A stretch of DNA of 64,000 bases from Perna viridis. Taxonomy: Eukaryota. This document shows, one piece after another, positions 54,001-63,000 of the stretch (position 1 is the first letter of the stretch; each line of letters begins with the position of its first letter). The stretch spans positions 31,533,626-31,597,625 of the forward strand of contig CM074516.1 in the NCBI GenBank assembly GCA_037379345.1, read 5' to 3'. The position numbers and the translations under genes were made by a program. A model generated the notes under the pieces. It was not told the origin of the DNA. It made no database searches and saw only the letters and a list, made by a program, of their open reading frames with translations.

Positions 54001-57000
54001 CCAACTACAGTTATTCAATAGAATCAAAGTAAGTAAGATATTTTACATCCAATCTCTTGATGAAACAACATTTTGTCAAAATGGAAGCAAACCAGATTTT
54101 CCTTGCATGGAAGGGTTTCAGTCCTTATTTTTGCAACAAAAATAGCCGTCACTAGGAAACAACAAAAGCAATATTTGTAAAAATCAAACTTGACGTTTAT
54201 GTTATCACATAAAACAACATATCCAAACTTGAAAAGAATCGGCTAAAGACTTTTTAAGTACATGCACTGACAAGGTTTGGAAGTTGCCTGCTCACTGTAC
54301 ATCTCTAAACTAAAAGCTATATTTTTCTTTAGAAAATCCAGACAACCAATGTTTAAACAAGTATTGTCAAGTTTGTCTTCCAGCAAAATAATGGTTACAC
54401 ATATCAACCATTATAATACTAAATGGAAGCTGAATAAATTGTCAAAGTACAGCCTGTAGTATTTACCGTATTTTGGTGTTTATAGTGTGCATTTATGTAT
54501 TGTGTGCAGTGCAATTTTTTGAAGGTCTAAACCAGTGAAAAAAAAGTTTTTTAGACTTAGGTTGCAGTAAAATTTTGTAAGACAAAAAAAAATTGATATT
54601 TTGCACTTGATCGGTCAATTTATTTATCTTGATGTGGTATTTCCTATGAAAATGTGAAGGAAAGAAACTTATGTATATGCAGACTAAAACATCATGTAAA
54701 CATCAATAGCTATATAAATTGGAGAATTTTAATTTCAAGGCATGATAAAATTGACACAGGATGTATGAAATGGCTTATAAAAGAAAATCGAAAGTCAGGA
54801 AAATTGGACATTTCGGGTTTTGGTTGTAACTCAAATTTAACAATTTTTCAATTTAAAACATACTTCTAAGAAAGAAAATTGAAAGAAACAATCAAAATAA
54901 GTATCAGAATAATCATTTTCAGCTGAAAAAAGCATTTGATAAGGAGGGTTTGACAAAAAAGGAATTAGTTACTTTTTTGTAATTTCTAACCATGCTTTAT
55001 AAGAAGGAAATATTGTACCTTTGTTTGAAACATGTTATTAAGTCATTCGGTGTGCACATTTGAAGAAAATATCACTAAAAATTTTACACTTAAAGATGTA
55101 TTTGATGGTTAGATAAAATTTCAGTAACATTTCACTTCTGGTTTGTTTGCTTACATTACGCAATGTCTTTTCATGTACCAAAATCTTTAATTTCTTGGCC
55201 AATTCTTATGTATTGATGTATAATACGCAGCCCCCTGTTTTGGAAATAATTTCTATGTAAAAATGTGCGCATAATACACACCAAAATACAGTATATGTCA
55301 TTGGATGTACAGGATCAATAATGTCTTGCAATGTTCTCTAATATTTGAAAACATGTAAAATACATTTAAATGCCATTCACATTCATCTTTTACACAATGT
55401 TCAACAAACCTAGGTAAAGCATCAAAGTTTTCAGCCAGATTGACTTTGTTTCTACACAGAGCATCGAACAGGTTCTGCATCATGATTCCCTGTTCTAGCA
55501 TAGTCTGAGTCTGTACATCTACCAGATTACCAGTTCTTCTATCTATATTGAATCCAAGGAATGTCATACTGTTTTGGTCTGGGTTGAAAAACAGGTATGG
55601 GTGGGGGCTAGTAAAAAGACAACAATCATGTTTTTTTCAGAGTGCAGGAAGATTTACATGTAATTATAGGCATTTTCTTTTTATAACAAAAGGATTTTCT
55701 AAATACACAAGTGTACATGTAGTTTTGTTCTCTTATGTATAGCAAACATTCTTAGATATATATATGAAATGGGAATAATATTCAAACCTAATCCAAAAAA
55801 GCAAAATATTAATCAAGAAATAGCAAAGAACCAAGCCTATACATTCTGTACTTGGCATAATGTCTTCATGGAGACATAGCCTCATACTAACCTGGTTTCC
55901 CATGTTCTCCTCATCTGGTACAGCTGAATGATATTGTCATCTTTCTCTACTTGTTCATCATCACTGATTTGTCCTTGTAATAGTTGAAGAGGAGACTCCT
56001 CACTCATCACCAATGATCTGGTGGAAAAATCCTGGAAAATTGATAAGATATTAAGAATATAACATCTGTATGAGTGCAAGATAGGGAAATCTAAGACACT
56101 TAAGGGTAAGATTTAATTGTTCTGTAATGCGGCTCTGCTGAGTTCCGTAGCTAATTTCCCAATGTTGCATAAGAAAAGCTTGTGTTTGATTCTTTTTCTC
56201 ACAATTTTTTTTTTCTGATTAATTGTTTCGAATTAAAACGACCTACATTTAAAAGCTGATCATGACGTACCATTGTGGCCAGTGAAACGTCACGACCAGC
56301 TGTAAAATATAGGGCTCTTCAAAACAGTCACTAAAAAATAAACTGCATTGACCTAATCAATCAACAGGTATCCTTGTTAAATTTAATAACTTGAATGAAC
56401 TTCCGAACACATATTGGAAAGTTTTGATTGTTCACAAACTCTTTATTTACAATTGTTCCACTTTTAACAGGAAAGTGCACGTTCTGTCTCAACCTAATGG
56501 TGAGATATGGAAATTGTGCACAGCTGAAAATGAGTCTCTAAAAGATATACTAACTCTTAAGTGGTTTTCAAAAGACATATGAAACAGTTAAAACATAAGA
56601 TTCTTTGAAAAAAAGAACTGACATCACAAATGAATTACTTTCATCCAAAATACAATAGGATAGTAAAATATCTGTTTTTTTTCTTCTTCACGAAACATTT
56701 CACTGCATTAAACGCAATCCATATATGTTACAGTGTAACTTTGAATCCAGTAAGATTGAATCCTATTATTACAAATTTGATATTGTGATTTTTACTAGGA
56801 GTTTTCTGCATCCTACTGAATTTCTGGTAAGATCCTGATCATAGTTGATACTTTAGTTGTATGATTCCAGATATAATTGATATACAACCTCACTTACCCT
56901 AGACATTTGCATCAGGAACCTCAAAACAAACTTAGCAAATCCAGGGAGGTCCTCTACAGCAGCAAGACTACAGAAAGCAGATACTTCAAAATCTTGCAAC

Positions 57001-60000
57001 TGCTTGTTCAGAAAACTGACAAAATGGTATAGCTCAGACCAGGAGGGATCTCTGATTCCACAATGTCTGAAAAAAAATACAAGATTTAAAAACAATGAGC
57101 AATCAAAACACACTGATTATTTGCCTTTTTCTCTACCCAGAGGCTGGGTGTTGTTTTTACAAGAACTGGCAAGACTTATCAATCAGAATATAAAAAAATT
57201 CTGATATAAAAACAGAATGATGAGAAAAATGTCAAAATTACAGACTTCGGCTATGTTAAACTATCTTTATGGTTCTCAGATAATTCCACAGCTGCCAACC
57301 CCAAGTTATGAAAAACAGTATGGCCGGGGGACTGCTGGAGATTTTTTGTGAGGAGCAGACATTTTTGTTTCATAAAGCTTCTACAAAAGCTCGAAATAAA
57401 GCAATGAGGTACACTTTGTACTGCAAAGACCCTAAAGCAGATTTTACTCATTTTGAATTTGGTAATGGTTATGACCAAGGAAAAAATAAGAATTTTCATA
57501 ATTTTTTCACTAAAAAAATCAGAAATTGTAAAATTTTCTTCCTCATTTGTATGGCATAGTTTGATGGCCAAAATTGGAAGACTTATGCTAAAATAGTAAG
57601 GTTGGTATAGCTCGGCAATTCATTTTTGATGAATGGCAAGGTAGGTAAATTGTTTACTTCATTAGTTCATCACCATGATAAATTTGGCAAAAGATTCCCT
57701 TTTAAATGCTTTTTTTAGCGGAAAGAGTTCATTGACGCCAAATTTTGAATTTTAAGTTTATTTCTGCATATAAAATACTGGACGGCACAAATATTTTTTC
57801 CAAAGCAGAAATAAACTTGATCCAGTGCTTGATTTTTGCAGTGACAGCCATGTCTGAGAAACATAGAAATAGTTTTACATGGCCTTACTATTACCTGGAA
57901 CTAGTTTGATTATACATGTAAATGCATAAGCATAGTCACAGATATATGACAAAATTTGAACTTTTATCTAAGAAGCCAATAACATATAATACATATTTTT
58001 TTGTATACAAACCTAAGCAAAGTAGTCAAGCATTGCTTCTTGTCACCTTCAGGTACATGTGCATTGACATCATCCAGTCTACAGTTGGTATCTAATCTCT
58101 TTAGGTACTGAAATGGCCTCTGGAATGTTGGACTTTTAAACTCAACTGAATCAAATAGTCTATCATGATCTGTGTAGTCAGCTGGTCTCCTGAGGCCACT
58201 AATGATTTCTAGACTTTCCTGTGGAGATCTACATGTGACATGGGGAAGAATGTCCAAACAGTGATGGAGACACCTGAGTTTTGTCCCCTGAAAAAATCAT
58301 CAAAATGGATGCATAAAACATTTATTTGAACAATGATGCTTGGCAGTTATCAACTGTTAACTAATATGTTACAAATACATGTAACATTATTTTAGTAAGA
58401 ATGGTATTGAGCTATGAGACAATTTTTACTTATTATTTTTCCAATGTTTTAAAAATACATGTAAAAATTAAGGGAAAATTGGTACATCCAAATCAAATAT
58501 ACATGTATACCTGAGTATCAGTATCCCTGGCCAGTAATGGCATGGACTCTATAATATAATAGTCCAACTCGGATCTCCTCCATACATTTCCAGAACTGTG
58601 ACCTAAACAGCCAAGAATCAATAACTGGAACAGGAATGCATCTACTCCCTCCTGCACCTATAAAGAAAAGATGATCTAAAATGTACATCTACTCCATCCT
58701 GCACCTGTAAGGTAAAGGTCATGATCTCAAATGTACATCTACTCCATCCTGCACCTATAAAGAAAAGGTCATGATCTCAAATGTACATCTACACCCTCCT
58801 GCACCTGTAAAGAAAAGGTCATGATCTCAAATGTACATCTACTCCCTCCTGCACCTGTAAAGAAAAGGTCATGATCTAAAATGTTCATTTACTCCCTCCT
58901 GCACCTGTAAAGAAAAGGTCATGACCTAAATTGTACATCATTTGTACATTAAAGTATTTACCATTTTGTATCTAGAATATAAACAGGTGCATCTGTTTCA
59001 TTTCATATTCATTCTTTTTCTATCAGAGATATATTACACATATTAAAGTGCACTCAGTAAATTAATTAACAATAATATGAATACACACACAGACTGATTC
59101 AGAATGGCCTTACCACATGAGATATGTCAATATGGAATATCCTTGGCTCTGGACATCTAGGTGACAGAGTCTCGTCTAGAAGTATGTCCATGATGTCATC
59201 AGTACTAATAACTCTTTCATGAAGAGGTATGGTCACATTACTGGATTTCCTTCTGTTGATGTTATGAACAAGCTTTGACATTTCTGCTACCATACGTTTT
59301 TTGTACAATGTCTTTCCAATCCCAGCTCTCCATGACTTCACAATCCTAACACTACACCTGTCAGCATAATATGATTTGATGAATGATAGTATGGTTGAGA
59401 TAATATTGTTTAAAGATTCCAATAAATTCAAAAGATAGGATCTATCTAAAGACGCCAGATAATATAAAATGAACTTGTAAATGGTGCAATAGTTCTTAAT
59501 AACATGCCTGACATATAAAACAATCTTAAAAAGCTGTCATGTCTGTTTTCACGAAGGCTTTCAGTTTAGGGATGTTCCTTCAATGATCACATACCTTTCA
59601 AAATCCACAGCAGATGCTGGCCTTATTCCTGTTAGTGGCCTTTCAACTTTCAGTTTGGTGAGTAAATACTTCTTGACAGTGGTAGCATCTGTTGGTAACT
59701 GTGGTCTCCGATATTTGTCAAGGGCAGCAACTATTCTAGATCTGTCTTCATTCTCACTACTACATATAACAACCAACTGATATTTTCTTCCTACAACAAA
59801 TTCAATAATTCATATTGATACAGTATAGAATACTTTATTAACCAGTATCAATTCACATTTGTTTAGAAACCAAAGATAAAACCCTCTTGTCTATCAACAT
59901 ATTTTTAACTGAGTTCTGTCATGTCAATAAGTTGTGTTTTGAACCTGAGTAAACAAAACAGTCCTTTTTCTTCTTTTAAGGAAAACATTAATGCCATGTG

Positions 60001-63000
60001 AAATCTAATACAATGGAAGCAAATTTAACATCCACTTAATCGTTTTTTTATATTACTTTGCTGCCTACTATTTCCTATCTTACACTACTGTTGTTATACG
60101 AAGAAATATTGGCAATATCAAATGACAATGTTAAATCAAATTGAATGACGTTGCCGATGAACAGAATAACATTAATTATGAACATCTGAACAGAACATCA
60201 CATCACACCCTATTGGGCTTAATGTGATATTTTCTGTTTCAACCTCAAAACTGCCATTATTCTTTATATATTTCAAAGAATAAGAGTATAATTAGAATGA
60301 TGCCCTAATTGATTTTAGGACATGAAAGTTAAGTATAGAGTACCTCTGCTATCAGCTAACTTCATATGCCTTTCTAATGACCTTTCACCTTTATCACTGA
60401 CATCATAGTCCAGTAAATCAGCATTAACTAAGCAGTATATTCTATTGTTATCAGCAAACAATGCTCTACGCCAAAACACTTCAAGCTGAAATAATTAGCA
60501 AATAATCTTTACATGTACTAAAATGGTGGCAACTGAAATTCAATTACCCTAATTAAAGAGTACCACTTTTAATAAATACATTTTTGTACATGCACAGCAA
60601 GACTCCTATCAAATTTAAAATTACCTCCTTTATAAAATTCAACCAAGATTGTTTTGTAATTACTTTTTAACCTTAGTTTCCTGTTTTGCAGAGAGCACAT
60701 AATAGTATCAGAATTTCATAAGTACATATATACATGAATTTGGTAGGGACACTTTGCACACACAACATTTAAAAATAGAACCTCACCATATCTAAAGTTG
60801 TATGAGGTGTACAGAGTAAGACCTCATCTGACTGAGGTAATGGTCTATCCTCCTCATGGCTGTAAACAGATATCACTGAGTTATAAATCTCTCCTGTTAA
60901 AAGAAATAACATTATACTGCATTAATACGGACCAAAGAGACTAACTTGTAGATAAAACTAGATTTTAACTATACCTACAAATGGTATTCGAGTTGTAGCT
61001 CTTAAAAAAGGTAGTAAATCGCACTCAATGAATTACAGTATACATTGTATGGTACTTGTACTTTACAGTACCTGAACTGGTCCATGCAACAAAAATTATG
61101 TTCGGTCATTGACCTATGATCAGTTTCCAATCAGTCGTTCATCTTTTGAACCGATCCATGAAACTGCTGATCGCATCATGTGACCACTGAGAGGTGAATA
61201 TAATTTTATGGATTCCATTGTTTTATTTGTCAATTTTATACATATCAATTAATTCTTTTATTTTACATTTGTTTTGTTTTTTAACATATTGGCTGTCATT
61301 TTACATAACAAAACTGCAATCAGATTGGTCAGCCGTCATCAGTCATCAATCCGTCAGGGATCAATGATTCAGCGGTCATCAATCCATCAAGTCATTGTGC
61401 AGATCAGTTCAGGGACTGTACAAAGATGGATATAGGATTTCAACTTAGGGATGTTGTAAATGAAAATGAAGGCTGGAGAAAGCAAGGGGATAACATAGTT
61501 GGGAAGAATAAGAATAAGATTTTATGCAAACTAAATTATTTTTTCACAAATTCTAGGGAGACATAAGTCTGGCAAGCTTTCTCTGGATCTGCACCTGCAT
61601 TATCTACTAAAGATAAGATGAAAGAATCCTTTACCACAAAATTTGACCATATGAACTTGAGTATTGAATTTTGCCTTAAAAATCAAAATGGTAATATACT
61701 TTCTACTCTCTACTTATCGAAATCCTTTTTTAGCTATTATTATCAAATTAAGTGATCCAGTGATTTCTCATTTTAAGTACTTGTATGATTTTACTCACTT
61801 TGTCTACAGATTATCAGGTTTGGTTCCCCAGCCACAAAGCAGGGTAAGAAGGTCCTTTCAACTTCAAAGGTCTCTGAAATTAGAAGTCAAATTGATTCAA
61901 TTAATGCCTTTAGAAGAATGAAGTCATACATTCCTTTATTGTCATGTACATACATGTATGTGAATGTAAATTAAATAAATGAAATAAATTTTAATGAAAT
62001 CCATATCAATACCATCATTATATTATATATCTTGTTAACTTTAAGGCGTACATACAAGGTATTTATTGTAAAGAAAATGGACTTGACTCTAGTCTTACTT
62101 AAGTTACTATTCACAAAAGAGACTTATGATATAGACTAGTTTGATATTAATGTATTCCATCATAAAACCCCTTCCAAACACATTGACAAGGAAATAAATG
62201 TATCAACAACGAACTTTACAACAGTGTTTTTCCTGAAACAATCACCAACATTTACCTTGTTCAGCTAGTCTGTTGAGGATCATTCCTAGATGTTCTACAC
62301 TTAGATAATCCTTTACACTGGATGATATAGACATCAGGAAAGTTTCCCATAACATTTCTAAAGCCTTGATCAGGTTCTCAACTTCATTCTCTCTGAAAAC
62401 AATGAAATAACAAAAATAGTCAAACAATGACCTCTGACATCTATAACATAAAACCTTGTCTTAATAAGTCAAACAATGACCTCTATAACATAAAACCTTG
62501 TCTTAATAAGTCATCTTGTCTTATTTTATCACAGCGAATCTGTAATAATACAATAAAGTCAAACATGCTACAATGACCTCTATAACATAAAACTTTGTCT
62601 TCCTCTATCATAGTGAAACATATCCAAACCAACCAGCTTTCTGAATCAAAACCTTGTACTTCATTCTTTTGTTATACATGTACAATACTGACTTATACAT
62701 GTACAAAGTGTTTTACAAAAAGTTATTTTCTATATAAAGAAAATTTTTTTTTGACAAACTTGCTGATTATATTTTATATAAGGCTAGAGAAAACTTCAGT
62801 AGCAGTCTTCATAAAAACCAGACAGAAGGTGATTCATGCATGTATTCATGCATGTCAAAAAGCCACCAAAGTCAATTTTATTTCTTATTCAGAAAAAGTT
62901 ACTGATCACATAACAAGTCTTAGTTTTTCATTTAGTTGTGCTTTTGAGATAAAAACTATAGATTGTACATTAAATTGACACTTTGAAAGAGTAATCGTTC

